DNA of 64,000 nucleotides from Thermoprotei archaeon (GCA_017857595.1 JAFMCU010000002.1:66881-130880); one strand, 5' to 3'. Shown: positions 45,299 to 55,018, counted from the first letter of the stretch. Numbers and translations are program-made. The notes: generated by a model not told the origin, from the letters alone.

Positions 45299-46251
45299 TA
45301 AAAGCATACCTTACAGGACTTTTCCCTAGAAGTAAATCATTAAGAAAAGCATTAAGAGAATTTGAAAAAAAGAACATCGACTATAAGGAATTGATGAAAG
45401 TTTATCAGGAAGAAACTAGGAAATTAGTAGAATTACAAATAAATTCTAATTTGGATTTTGTGTATGATGGCATGTTAGCTTGGCAAGATTTGCTAAGGCC
45501 TATCTGTAACTATAAAGGTATTACTCAAGGACCATTAATAAGGTGGTTCGAAACGAATTTCTTTTATAGAGTGCCTATAATAAATGATAAAATAGAATTT
45601 GAAAGGCCTATAATAAGGGATTATTATTTTTTAAATCTTATCAATGATTCGCATAAAACAAGCGTTTGTATAATAGACCCATTGAGCATTGTTTATCTAT
45701 CTGAAAATATTTATTATAAAAAATATGACGAGCTTCTTTTCGATCTTACAAGCTGTATACTAAAAGATTTAAATTATATTTCAGAAAATATTAGCGCTTT
45801 ACATTTAATTTCTCCAGTTTTAGGAACACAGAATGTAAACAAAGATGAATTACATATTTTAAATCATTTCTTAGATAATCTTAGAAAGAGGTTTGCCACT
45901 TCTATTATTACTTTGAATATATACTATATGAGAAACTTAGAAATTATACCATTATTAAATGAATTAAATATTGATATTATAGGGATAGATTTATGTTATT
46001 GGGATAGGGAGAAAATTTTAAATAAAATTAAAGATCTTAATCTTAAAATCGCTCTAGGTCTGGTAGATTCTTTCGTATCTTATATAGAAAATATTGAATA
46101 CATAAAAAAACAAATTCATCGTATTCTTCACGTGTTAAAGAATAAAGATGAAGTTTATGTAATTAATTCATCAGATTTAGATAGACTACCATATGATGTA
46201 GCAATGGATAAAGTTAATTTATTCAGTAAGATAAAGACAATTAATCCATGA
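45295..46251 (+). CDS. MetE N-terminal-domain-like protein (non-catalytic half of cobalamin-independent methionine synthase as a separate gene)
   Basis: Barrel-like pattern (AYLTGLFPRSKSLRKALREFEKK...DGMLAWQDLLRP) without the Zn ligands. 4-nt overlaps with both neighbours. Confidence 0.55.
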   Translation: MIKAYLTGLFPRSKSLRKALREFEKKNIDYKELMKVYQEETRKLVELQINSNLDFVYDGMLAWQDLLRPICNYKGITQGPLIRWFETNFFYRVPIINDKIEFERPIIRDYYFLNLINDSHKTSVCIIDPLSIVYLSENIYYKKYDELLFDLTSCILKDLNYISENISALHLISPVLGTQNVNKDELHILNHFLDNLRKRFATSIITLNIYYMRNLEIIPLLNELNIDIIGIDLCYWDREKILNKIKDLNLKIALGLVDSFVSYIENIEYIKKQIHRILHVLKNKDEVYVINSSDLDRLPYDVAMDKVNLFSKIKTINP

Positions 46252-47384
46252 CAGAATTTTTTTTAACACAAGAAATTGGAAGCTTATCAAGACATCCAAT
46301 GTTTAAGGAGAACTTGACAATAGAAGAAATAAAAGAAATTTTACAGCAAGGAAAATCTTTAGGTGTTGAAAATCTAGAAGAATTAGAAAAGTTGCTTTTA
46401 AATGGAGGATATAAAACATACAAAGAAAAGATAGAAAACTTCGCTAGCTTATACGCTATAAAATTATTCGAAAATGTAGGTTTAGATATCATTTTTAATG
46501 GGGAACAACCAAGAAAAGAAATGTATCATTATCCTCTTCAATTTATTGAAGGTTTTAGATTTGTTGGTGAAGTTAGAGTTTTTGATAATCAATATTTTCC
46601 AAAAGGAGAAGTGATTTCAGAACCCAAATTAAAAATGCCTTATCATTTAAAAGAATACCTCTTTGTTAAGTATCATACAAAAAAGAAAATTAAGGTGCCT
46701 ATCACAGGGGCCTACACTTTAGCAGATTGGTCTTTCAATACGTATTATCAGCAAAAATGGATAGGGAAATACAATGATTATTATAAAGAAAAGTTAGAAG
46801 CTAAGAGAGAACTTGCAATTGAATTAGCTAAAAATGTAATAAGAGAAAATGTGAAATCTCTAGTAGATAATGGAGCAGAGATTATACAAATAGATGAACC
46901 AGCTGCTACAACAGTTCCTGATGAAATACCAATATTTATTGAATCTTTAATTGAGAGTACTAAAGGAATTAATGCAAAGTTTGTTTGTCATATATGTTAT
47001 TCTAAAGATTATAGTATGTTATTCCCTTATATATTAGAAGTTAAAAACCTTAAGCAATTAGCTTTAGAGTTCTCAAACAGAGACACAAGAGAATTAGGTC
47101 TGAATGATAAATCTAGAAAAGGTTTTTCTTTTATAAAAAAATTTAAAGAATACTCCAGCGATCTTGAAATTGGATTGGGAGTTGTTGATGTTCATACAGA
47201 TTTTATTGAACCTGTAGAATTGATTAAAGATAGGATACTGTACACTTTCAATATACTAAAAAATGAAAAAATAATTTATATAAATCCAGATTGCGGGTTA
47301 CGAACAAGAAGTTGGGAGGTTGCTAAAGCGAAACTAACAAACATGGTTTCAGCCGTTAAAGAATTAAAGCGTTTTATTAAATAA
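46248..47384 (+). CDS. metE: Cobalamin-independent methionine synthase catalytic (C-terminal-type) domain protein
   Basis: IIQIDEPA, Zn ligands in CHICYS (His-x-Cys), LEFSNRD (Glu) and NPDCGLRTRSW (Cys). Confidence 0.85.
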   Translation: MTEFFLTQEIGSLSRHPMFKENLTIEEIKEILQQGKSLGVENLEELEKLLLNGGYKTYKEKIENFASLYAIKLFENVGLDIIFNGEQPRKEMYHYPLQFIEGFRFVGEVRVFDNQYFPKGEVISEPKLKMPYHLKEYLFVKYHTKKKIKVPITGAYTLADWSFNTYYQQKWIGKYNDYYKEKLEAKRELAIELAKNVIRENVKSLVDNGAEIIQIDEPAATTVPDEIPIFIESLIESTKGINAKFVCHICYSKDYSMLFPYILEVKNLKQLALEFSNRDTRELGLNDKSRKGFSFIKKFKEYSSDLEIGLGVVDVHTDFIEPVELIKDRILYTFNILKNEKIIYINPDCGLRTRSWEVAKAKLTNMVSAVKELKRFIK

Positions 47385-47432
47385 TACAAAAAATACATTT
47401 TTAAATCAAAGTATTAATTAATCAATACAAAA

Positions 47433-47506
47433 GCCGCCTTAGCTCAGCCCGGTAGAGCACTCGGCTGTTAACCGAGGGGTCGTGGGTTCGAATCCCACAG
47501 GCGGCG
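47433..47506 (+). tRNA. tRNA-Asn (anticodon GUU)
   Basis: GCCGCCT/AGGCGGC acceptor + G. D-arm GCTC-AGCCCGGTA-GAGC. Anticodon stem CTCGG/CCGAG with loop CTGTTAA. T-arm GTGGG-TTCGAAT-CCCAC. No encoded CCA. Confidence 0.95.
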
Positions 47507-48547
47507 TTATCTTAAATAAAAGTCTTTTACCCTCACCACATCATTTGCATGGGGCGTGCTATATTCTTCTAATAATAAATTATCTTCACTTATAATAGAA
47601 TGAATTACCTTTGGCATTATTCTTATTGTAGTACGTGGTTGAAGTGTCTTCTTTTCGATAACGTTAAATTTTTCATCGTAAATTTCCACATTACCAGAAC
47701 CTCTTATTACATTCAATGTTTCATCTTTTCTATTGTGATAATGTATACTTGTTCTGAATTTACTTTTTATAAACAATTCCTTTACCAAGTATTTGTTATT
47801 GCTAACCACAATATTTTCCCATCCCCATGGTTTATCTTCTCTATTCTTATACATTTCTCTTACATTCTCAACATCTTTTATTGAATCAATAGAAATCCAA
47901 AATACATCTTCTTTATAACATGCAATTTGACCATCAATTGCTGCGATAGGAAAAACAGTTCTCTCAACATCATTGTAATTATATTCTCTATTAAAATAAT
48001 CCAGTGCTTCCTTTTTTATGTAATATATACCTGCATTTATATAATGAGGCAGCTTAGGTTTTTCAATAAAGTTTACTATCTTATTTTCTTCGATGGTTAC
48101 AATTCCATAAGGACTAGGCATTTGTGTAACAGCTATAGTAATTAATTCTTTTCTCCTACTTGAATATTCAATAAATGATTTTATATTAAAGTCACTTATT
48201 ATATCTCCATTCATGATTACCAAATCGCTATTAGACTTCTCCAACGCATTTTTTATTGCATAATGAGTTCCAGCAGGTTTTTCTTCAATAAAGTATTCAA
48301 GTCTTATACCTTTCCAATCTTTACCGAATTTATTCATTATTTTTTCGTGAAGATATCCTACAAGTAAATAAATTTCGTTTATTCCTGCAAATCTAAAATC
48401 ATTTAGTTGCTTTTCAAGTATAGTATAATCTTTTTTTATCTTTATAAGAGCTTTAGGATAATAGATTGTTAAAGGTCTCAATCTTTTTCCATAACCACCT
48501 GCTAATATTGCTCCTTTTATATTCACAAACTCAATTATAATTAGCAA
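47507..48547 (-). CDS. Sugar-phosphate nucleotidyltransferase fused to a type II mannose-6-phosphate isomerase-like cupin (ManC-like)
   Basis: GAILAGGYGKRLRPLT (NTP-transferase G-rich loop). C-terminal cupin WGWENIVV...FRTSIHYHNRKDETLNVIRGSG. The start may be GTG 48526 rather than TTG 48547. Confidence 0.8.
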   Translation of the reverse strand: MLIIIEFVNIKGAILAGGYGKRLRPLTIYYPKALIKIKKDYTILEKQLNDFRFAGINEIYLLVGYLHEKIMNKFGKDWKGIRLEYFIEEKPAGTHYAIKNALEKSNSDLVIMNGDIISDFNIKSFIEYSSRRKELITIAVTQMPSPYGIVTIEENKIVNFIEKPKLPHYINAGIYYIKKEALDYFNREYNYNDVERTVFPIAAIDGQIACYKEDVFWISIDSIKDVENVREMYKNREDKPWGWENIVVSNNKYLVKELFIKSKFRTSIHYHNRKDETLNVIRGSGNVEIYDEKFNVIEKKTLQPRTTIRIMPKVIHSIISEDNLLLEEYSTPHANDVVRVKDFYLR

Positions 48548-48548
48548 T

Positions 48549-48857
48549 TTAAAAAGATTTTATTCTTTCTTTAATTCTTCTATAAGTCCCCGATGCTAAA
48601 ACGCATCTTGCTTGTATTTTCTTTCCATTTTTATTTAAGTAAAAAATAGCAGCTCTGTATTCATCTATATAATTATGGTGAAATCTAATAATAGCAACTT
48701 TATGCTTGTTATCATAGTGAAATAATTTAAAGCCTGACATTGAAAAATTAATCTTACCAAAAAGTTCACAAAAAGTTTTAATTAATATCTCTTCAAATTC
48801 TTCCGAATTTACTTCATCGTACAATCTCAATAGAATATATCTTCTCTTATATCTCAT
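48549..48857 (-). CDS. rnp2: RNase P protein component 2 (Pop5/Rpp14 family)
   Basis: MRYKRRYILLRLY... start and about 100-aa size are typical of archaeal Pop5. Adjacent to the Rpp30-like gene in the exosome/RNase P neighbourhood. Confidence 0.7.
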   Translation of the reverse strand: MRYKRRYILLRLYDEVNSEEFEEILIKTFCELFGKINFSMSGFKLFHYDNKHKVAIIRFHHNYIDEYRAAIFYLNKNGKKIQARCVLASGTYRRIKERIKSF

Positions 48858-49461
48858 AATTTAAAACTTCTAAAACTCTTTTAATTTCAAGCAATGACTT
48901 TATCTCATATTTTTTTAAATTTAAACATTTCAAAAAGCTTGCTACATCTATTGCACTTCTAATTTGTCTTGAATGGCTTGCACCTGATGATATAAAAACG
49001 GTAATATTTTTTCTTAAACAATATTCTAAAATATCCTTTAACCGCATTATATTTAATCTATTCTTTACGATATCTGTATCTAATAATTGTGAATACAATA
49101 TTTCTATTCCTACACCTCTTTGAGAAATGAAATTCAACAATTGTTCATCAACTTCCTTAATTTTATTTATATCGATCACTAAAGAATTATATCTGTATTT
49201 TCGCGTTAATTCAATAATTTCCTTTTTATATGTCAATTTTGTGTATTTAAAAATTTTATCATATCTTTTTTCATTTAGATTATTTGTCCTTTGTATAACC
49301 TTTATATTTTCTTTATCGCAAATTTCTTTTATTTCATCCGTATAATAATTTTTATCAATGCCAATCAGTATATAATCAAAATCTTTAAGAGTTTTTATTA
49401 TTTCTTTTGTTGCAATGTGATCATTAGATGGTAAAATAAATAAATCGACGAATTTATTCAT
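48847..49461 (-). CDS. rnp3: RNase P protein component 3 (Rpp30 family)
   Basis: About 200-aa TIM-barrel-like protein starting FVDLFILP. Conserved position next to Pop5. Assignment is largely contextual. Confidence 0.65.
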   Translation of the reverse strand: MNKFVDLFILPSNDHIATKEIIKTLKDFDYILIGIDKNYYTDEIKEICDKENIKVIQRTNNLNEKRYDKIFKYTKLTYKKEIIELTRKYRYNSLVIDINKIKEVDEQLLNFISQRGVGIEILYSQLLDTDIVKNRLNIMRLKDILEYCLRKNITVFISSGASHSRQIRSAIDVASFLKCLNLKKYEIKSLLEIKRVLEVLNYEI

Positions 49462-49894
49462 GAAAAATACCTAAATATTTATAAGCTTCTATAATCTTTT
49501 CTTTTCTAACATTTTGAATTTGTATAACAACTTTAATAATATCGTCGCTCGAGCTAAGCATTAACCTGCCATTATATGCTTCTTGTTTATCAAATCTCAA
49601 ATACATTTTTCCTTGCTCGTCCATGTATAGTTCTTTATTATGAAAGATGATTTTTTTGTCTTTCTCATCCATCTTAGAGAATAAATTTTTTAGTATACTA
49701 ATAGCTTCTTCTTCTTCATTTATTTCAACATATACATGTATTATAGGATTCTTCCAATGACCAAGCAACTTGCTAAGCTTATATTTTTGAGGTTCTAATC
49801 CAATTACATTTTGGATAGATTTCAATACTTTATTAAGATCCTCTGTAGCATGGCAAAATGTCTCAACTTTTATTTTTACTTTCAAATCGGTCAT
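49454..49894 (-). CDS. DUF54/UPF0201-type predicted RNA-binding protein (exosome-neighbourhood protein)
   Basis: VKIKVETFCHATEDLNKV start is typical of this small archaeal family. Conserved neighbour of the RNase P / proteasome / exosome genes. Confidence 0.55.
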   Translation of the reverse strand: MTDLKVKIKVETFCHATEDLNKVLKSIQNVIGLEPQKYKLSKLLGHWKNPIIHVYVEINEEEEAISILKNLFSKMDEKDKKIIFHNKELYMDEQGKMYLRFDKQEAYNGRLMLSSSDDIIKVVIQIQNVRKEKIIEAYKYLGIFHE

Positions 49895-49971
49895 GTATCG
49901 AATGATTACAGAATAAATTTAATATGTAAAGCTTAATAAACTTCTTAAATTTATTATATCCATTAAGGACA

Positions 49972-50682
49972 ATGTTTTCACCTCCTAGTATGGGATATGA
50001 TAGAGCTATAACAATTTTCTCACCGGATGGTAGATTATATCAAGTAGAATATGCCCTTGAAGCTGTAAAAAGAGGGCTAACAACGATAGGGATATTGTGT
50101 ACAGATGGAGTCGTACTATTAGCGGAAAGAAGGAAATTTTCTCCATTATTAGATGAAATGACAATAGAAAAAATTGTAAAAATCGATGACCATATAGGCT
50201 TCGCTTATGCTGGTTTAGGTCCTGATGCAAGAGTGTTGATAGATATAGCAAGGAATGACGCACAAATCCATAGATTGCTATATGACGAGCCTATTCCTCC
50301 TGAAACACTTATTAGAAGAATCTGCGATCTTAAGCAAAATTATACTTTATATGCTGGCGCAAGACCTTTTGGTGTAGCATTTTTAGTTGCAGGTATTGAT
50401 AATACAAAGCCAATTTTAATGGGTACTGAACCAGGTGGAGCCTATGCAGGCTATAAAGCTCACGTATTAGGTGCAGGTTCACAAATAGCGCAAGAAATAC
50501 TAGAGAAAGAACTTTCTAATAAAGCTTTATCTCTAAAAGAAGGTATAAAATTTGGTATACAAGTCTTAAAGAAGGCAGTAGAGAGAGAGCTTTCTCCAGC
50601 AGAAATTGAAGCAGCAACTGTAGATGTTTATACAAAGAAATTTAAGAGACTAACACTAGAAGAAATAAAAAGCTATTTATAA
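49972..50682 (+). CDS. psmA: Proteasome subunit alpha
   Basis: YDRAITIFSPDGRLYQVEYALEAVKRG is the alpha-subunit signature. Confidence 0.95.
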   Translation: MFSPPSMGYDRAITIFSPDGRLYQVEYALEAVKRGLTTIGILCTDGVVLLAERRKFSPLLDEMTIEKIVKIDDHIGFAYAGLGPDARVLIDIARNDAQIHRLLYDEPIPPETLIRRICDLKQNYTLYAGARPFGVAFLVAGIDNTKPILMGTEPGGAYAGYKAHVLGAGSQIAQEILEKELSNKALSLKEGIKFGIQVLKKAVERELSPAEIEAATVDVYTKKFKRLTLEEIKSYL

Positions 50683-50720
50683 TCAATTTTCTATGGAAAA
50701 TAGATTTCAGGGTGTGAAAT

Positions 50721-51413
50721 TTGCCAACTGTAACCGCAAAATATACATCTCACGGGGAAAAGTTTGAGATTCTTGTAGATTCTGATCTAGCATGGGATTT
50801 CAAGCTTGGTAAAAGAAATACATTAGACAACGTTTTAGTTTCAGATATAATATATAAGGATGTTAACAAAGGGGAAAAAGCAACAGCAGCTTCTTTAACT
50901 AAAGTTTTTGGAACAACGGATATAAAGAAGATTGCTGAAGAAATTATTAAGAAAGGAGAACTTCCTATAACAGCTGAAAGAAGAAATAAGTTAATCGAAG
51001 AAAATAAAAAAAGAATAATTGACTTCATATCAAGAAATTGTATTGATACAAGAACAAATGCGCCTATACCTCCACAAAGAGTAGAATTGGCAATGAATGA
51101 AGCAAAGGTAAGAATTGATCCTTTTAAAGATCCTGAACTTCAAGCTTCTGAAATAATTAAGATTCTTAAAAAAATTATACCTATAAGAGAGGCAAAGGCT
51201 ATACTTAGAATAGAGTTGCCACCTGAATGTGCAGGTAAAGCTTATAATCAACTTTTAAGTAAAAGCGGTACTATAACATCTTCAACTTGGAAAAATGATA
51301 GGTCATGGGAAGGCGAATTAGAAATTCCAGCTGGAACTCAAGAAATTTTGATCAAAAAATTAAATGAAATATGCAAAGGAAAGGTAAACGTTAAAAGTGT
51401 AAAAGTGATATGA
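50721..51413 (+). CDS. SBDS-family ribosome maturation protein
   Basis: TAKYTSHGEKFEILVDSDLAWDFKLGK (FYSH domain), 230 aa. Canonical position before rrp4. TTG start. Confidence 0.85.
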   Translation: MPTVTAKYTSHGEKFEILVDSDLAWDFKLGKRNTLDNVLVSDIIYKDVNKGEKATAASLTKVFGTTDIKKIAEEIIKKGELPITAERRNKLIEENKKRIIDFISRNCIDTRTNAPIPPQRVELAMNEAKVRIDPFKDPELQASEIIKILKKIIPIREAKAILRIELPPECAGKAYNQLLSKSGTITSSTWKNDRSWEGELEIPAGTQEILIKKLNEICKGKVNVKSVKVI

Positions 51414-52093
51414 AGAGAGAAATAGTATTGCCTTCTACATTATTGGAGACTGGAGATGATTTAAAACCAGGTCTAACGACTTATAAAATAGGTCCTAACA
51501 TATTTTCGGGAATACTAGGATTATATGAAAAAACAAATTCTAAAGAAATTAATGTAATTCCTTTAAAAGGTAAGTACTATCCAAGTATAGGAGATAGAGT
51601 TGTAGGAATTGTAACTAAGTTTCAAGTTTTTTCATGGAATGTTGATATAAATTCTTTTCATGAAGCAATATTGCCATTTTCCAACGCTATAAAAAAAGAG
51701 AGGCAATTTTATTCTGATTTAAACAAATTGATTTCAATAAACGATGTGATTTATGCAGAAATAATTAGCTTTGACAGATTTTCACCACCAACGTTATCAA
51801 TTAAGAAAAAAGGGTTGGGAAAAATAACAGAAGGGTATATTTATGAAATGACTCCTGGAAAGATACCTAGATTAATTGGAAAAAATCAATCAATGATAAA
51901 CATGATTAAGCAAATGCTCGGTATAAGAATAATTGTGGGAAAGAATGGTAGAGTAGTAGCATTAACCCAAGATTTTAATAAAATTGAGATATTGGGCGAG
52001 GTTATTCAGAAAATTGAAAACGAATCGCATGTTCCAGGCTTAACAGATAGAATAAAGAATTTATTAGAATCTAAACTAAATAAGACATCTTAA
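51410..52093 (+). CDS. rrp4: Exosome complex RNA-binding protein Rrp4 (S1 + KH)
   Basis: S1 domain (YYPSIGDRVVGIVTKF...WNVDI) and KH domain (GKNQSMINMIKQMLGIRIIVGKNGRV). Confidence 0.9.
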   Translation: MKREIVLPSTLLETGDDLKPGLTTYKIGPNIFSGILGLYEKTNSKEINVIPLKGKYYPSIGDRVVGIVTKFQVFSWNVDINSFHEAILPFSNAIKKERQFYSDLNKLISINDVIYAEIISFDRFSPPTLSIKKKGLGKITEGYIYEMTPGKIPRLIGKNQSMINMIKQMLGIRIIVGKNGRVVALTQDFNKIEILGEVIQKIENESHVPGLTDRIKNLLESKLNKTS

Positions 52094-52094
52094 A

Positions 52095-52808
52095 ATGAGT
52101 CAATTTAAAAGATCTGATGGAAGAGCGAATGATGAATTAAGGCCAATTAAAGCTGAGATGCACGTATTAAAAAATGCCGATGGTTCGGCCTATTTTGAAA
52201 TGGGGAACACAAAAGTAATAGCCGCAGTTTATGGACCCAGAGAATATTATCCTAAACAATTGGCTTTACCACAAGAAAGCATGGTAAGAGTTAGATATCA
52301 TATGATTCCATTTTCTGTTAAAGAAAGGAAATCTCCCGCATTAACTAGAAGAGAAATAGAAATTTCAAAAGTTATAAAAGAAGCATTTGGTGGGTGTATA
52401 AAAAAAGACTTATTTCCAAGAAGTACGATAGATGTTTATATTGAAGTATTGAACGCTGATGGTAGTACTAGAGTCGCAAGTATAAATGCTGTTAGTTTAG
52501 CACTCGTTGATGCTGGAATATTCCTCTATGATCTAGTTGCTGCTGTTTCCGTAGGTAAAATTCACGATCAATTAATTGTTGATCTTACAGGAGATGAAGA
52601 TCAGAATTCCGAAGCAGACATGCCAATAGCCATGATGCCTTCATTGAATAAAATTCTGTTATTACAAATGGATGGTACTTTAACAGTAGAAGAATTCAAC
52701 AATCTTATGAAAATGGGTATTCAAGCTATAAAGAAAATTTATGAGATACAAAAAGAAACCATTCGCAGTTCGTTAGAATCTGTATTAAAAATGTATGGTC
52801 AAACATGA
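52095..52808 (+). CDS. rrp41: Exosome complex exonuclease Rrp41 (RNase PH-like, catalytic)
   Basis: RSDGRANDELRPIK, NADGSAYFEMGNTKVIAAVYGPRE, ADMPIAMMPSLN: close to Sulfolobus Rrp41 as I recall it. Confidence 0.95.
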   Translation: MSQFKRSDGRANDELRPIKAEMHVLKNADGSAYFEMGNTKVIAAVYGPREYYPKQLALPQESMVRVRYHMIPFSVKERKSPALTRREIEISKVIKEAFGGCIKKDLFPRSTIDVYIEVLNADGSTRVASINAVSLALVDAGIFLYDLVAAVSVGKIHDQLIVDLTGDEDQNSEADMPIAMMPSLNKILLLQMDGTLTVEEFNNLMKMGIQAIKKIYEIQKETIRSSLESVLKMYGQT

Positions 52809-53623
52809 GCGAATTCAAGTATGGAGTATTTATACCTAAAATAAAGCAAAAATTCATACTAAATTTATTAAATAATAAAAAAAGAGTAGATAATAGAGAT
52901 TTTATAGAATACAGAAAAATAAAAATAAAATATGGACATATTCCAAATGCAGATGGATGTGCAGAAGTTCAATTGGGGAATACAATAGTAATAGCAGGTG
53001 TAAAATTAGATCTAACTAATCCATACCCTAGTGAGCCTGACAGAGGAACTTTAATCGTTAATGCTGAATTTCCTCCTGTTGCTTCTCCTGATTTTGAGCC
53101 TGGACCTCCTGATGAAAACGCTATCGAACTTGCAAGAATAATAGACAGAGGGTTAAGGAAACCTGAAGTTGTAGATTTTAAAAAGCTATGTATAGTGCCT
53201 GGTAAGAAAGTTTATGGTCTATGGATTGATATATATGCTTTAAATCATGATGGAAATTTAATAGATGCTGCAGGAATCGCTACAATGGCAGCACTTTTAA
53301 CAGCGAAATATACAAAGGTTGATGTTTCTCCTACAGGAGAAATTATAAGAACTAACGAGAGACTGCCTTTAGAAGTGATAAACTTTCCGGTATACATAAC
53401 CCATGTAAAAATTGGTGAACATTTAATAATTGATCCTAATTTAGAGGAAGAAATGATAGCTGATTGTAAATTGACTACTATAATATCAAATGGAAATTTA
53501 ATTGGAGGAATACAAAAATCAGGAAGTGGAGCATTGAGTATTGAAGATATAAACCAAGCGTTAGAAAATTCGCTAAAAATATATCCAAGAATAAAAGAAA
53601 TTATTACATCAAGTGTAAAATGA
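52805..53623 (+). CDS. rrp42: Exosome complex component Rrp42 (RNase PH-like, non-catalytic)
   Basis: RVDNRDFIEYRKIKI, ADGCAEVQLGNTIVIAGVK. Follows rrp41 with a 4-nt overlap. Confidence 0.9.
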   Translation: MSEFKYGVFIPKIKQKFILNLLNNKKRVDNRDFIEYRKIKIKYGHIPNADGCAEVQLGNTIVIAGVKLDLTNPYPSEPDRGTLIVNAEFPPVASPDFEPGPPDENAIELARIIDRGLRKPEVVDFKKLCIVPGKKVYGLWIDIYALNHDGNLIDAAGIATMAALLTAKYTKVDVSPTGEIIRTNERLPLEVINFPVYITHVKIGEHLIIDPNLEEEMIADCKLTTIISNGNLIGGIQKSGSGALSIEDINQALENSLKIYPRIKEIITSSVK

Positions 53624-53904
53624 AAAGAATAAAAACGCCGTTTGGAGCTAGGTATGGTTCAACTCTTCGGAAAAGATATGCTGAATTAATTCAAGAGTAT
53701 AGGAAACCAAAATCTTGTCCTAGATGTGAAAAAGTAGGTGGTATTAAGAGAATTAAGATAGGAATTTGGTATTGTAAAAAATGCGGTGCTAAATTTACAG
53801 GTGCAGCGTTTGCTTTGTCATCGGACATAGGTAGAGCAATCCGAAGAATGCCAGTGAAAGAAATAGCTCAGAAGCCTAATGAAATTTCTGGTAACAACAT
53901 CTAA
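53620..53904 (+). CDS. rpl37ae: 50S ribosomal protein L37Ae (eL43)
   Basis: GARYGSTLRKRY and zinc ribbon CPRCEK...GIWYCKKCGAKFTGAAF. Confidence 0.9.
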   Translation: MKRIKTPFGARYGSTLRKRYAELIQEYRKPKSCPRCEKVGGIKRIKIGIWYCKKCGAKFTGAAFALSSDIGRAIRRMPVKEIAQKPNEISGNNI

Positions 53905-54394
53905 AAGACCGTCTAAACGAGCTAGAAGTTTTATAAAGGATCTTGCTCAAATTTTTATTTCTGAAAGAATAGTAAGGGGGAAAAAATCTTTAGATGAATT
54001 AAAGAATTTATTAATTCAGAAAAAAGCCGAAGGTATATTAATAGTAGATACAAAATGGGGAAATCCAAGTAGAATTAGAATTATAAAAAATGATGGTTCA
54101 AATTTTCAAATTTTACTTAAAGGGGTTAAACTTCTAAGAGAGCTTCGAGAAAAGCCTCCTGTTCCAAATAATTACCCTGCAATATTAGCCAATAACGAAA
54201 AGGCAGACAAGTTATCTAAAATATTAAATCTTCAAACTGTTAATTCTTTAAATGATATAAAAGGGAATATAAATGTTATTGTTCTGAAATCAAAAAAAGA
54301 TAAACAAGGAAATGAAGTAATTTTACTAAACATCTATAACTCCAAAACGAAAAAATTTTATGGTCCTTTCCTAAAAATTAGAAATATTATATGA
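53879..54394 (+). CDS. Brix-domain (Imp4-like) ribosome biogenesis protein
   Basis: MKFLVTTSKRPSKRARSFIKDL start is typical of archaeal Brix proteins. Conserved superoperon position. Confidence 0.8.
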   Translation: MKFLVTTSKRPSKRARSFIKDLAQIFISERIVRGKKSLDELKNLLIQKKAEGILIVDTKWGNPSRIRIIKNDGSNFQILLKGVKLLRELREKPPVPNNYPAILANNEKADKLSKILNLQTVNSLNDIKGNINVIVLKSKKDKQGNEVILLNIYNSKTKKFYGPFLKIRNII

Positions 54395-54648
54395 TAGAAT
54401 CTATAAAAATTCGATTAATTTACAATTTTGATACTGTATCTGACGCTGAAATTTATTATTTATCTTTATTACCTGAATTTGAACGCGGTTTTCCAGGTGT
54501 TGAAAAATCAGAAATTAAAGTTGAAGAAAATAAAATTGTTATAAATATCGAAGCAAAAAGTGTATCGAGGGCAAGAGCAATATTTAATTCAATAAACAGA
54601 TGGTTAATAAGTATGAAAGATGTAAGTAATAAATTAGAGGTTAAATAA
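54391..54648 (+). CDS. pcc1: Pcc1-like KEOPS subunit
   Basis: 85 aa. Pattern ...AEIYYLSLLPE....VKVEENKIVINIEAKSVSRARAIFNSINRWL fits Pcc1/CTAG. Usual position before prefoldin beta. Confidence 0.55.
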   Translation: MIESIKIRLIYNFDTVSDAEIYYLSLLPEFERGFPGVEKSEIKVEENKIVINIEAKSVSRARAIFNSINRWLISMKDVSNKLEVK

Positions 54649-54649
54649 A

Positions 54650-55018
54650 ATGAGCCAACAATTACCTCCTGAAATACAAAATTTAGTATTAAAAGCGAGA
54701 CAGTTAGAAGAGCAATTAAGAATTGTTATAGCAAGAAGACAGCAAATTAAGCTCGACTTAATGGAAATTGATACAGTCAAAGAAGAATTAGAAAAAACAC
54801 CAGACGACGTCGTTGTTCATAAGATGGTTGGTTCAATTTTGATTAAGACGGATAAGAAAACAGCATTAAATGAGATAAATGAAAGGAAAGAAACATTGCA
54901 ACTTCAAGATCTAACATTAGAAAAGCAGGAGAGTACATTAAGGAAACAATTTGAAATCACTTCAAAAGAATTAGAAGAAGCTCTGAGAAAATATCAAAGC
55001 GGAGGTATAATATCTTAA
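54650..55018 (+). CDS. pfdB: Prefoldin subunit beta
   Basis: 122 aa: coiled coil, beta hairpin (VHKMVGSILIKTDK), coiled coil. Confidence 0.85.
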   Translation: MSQQLPPEIQNLVLKARQLEEQLRIVIARRQQIKLDLMEIDTVKEELEKTPDDVVVHKMVGSILIKTDKKTALNEINERKETLQLQDLTLEKQESTLRKQFEITSKELEEALRKYQSGGIIS

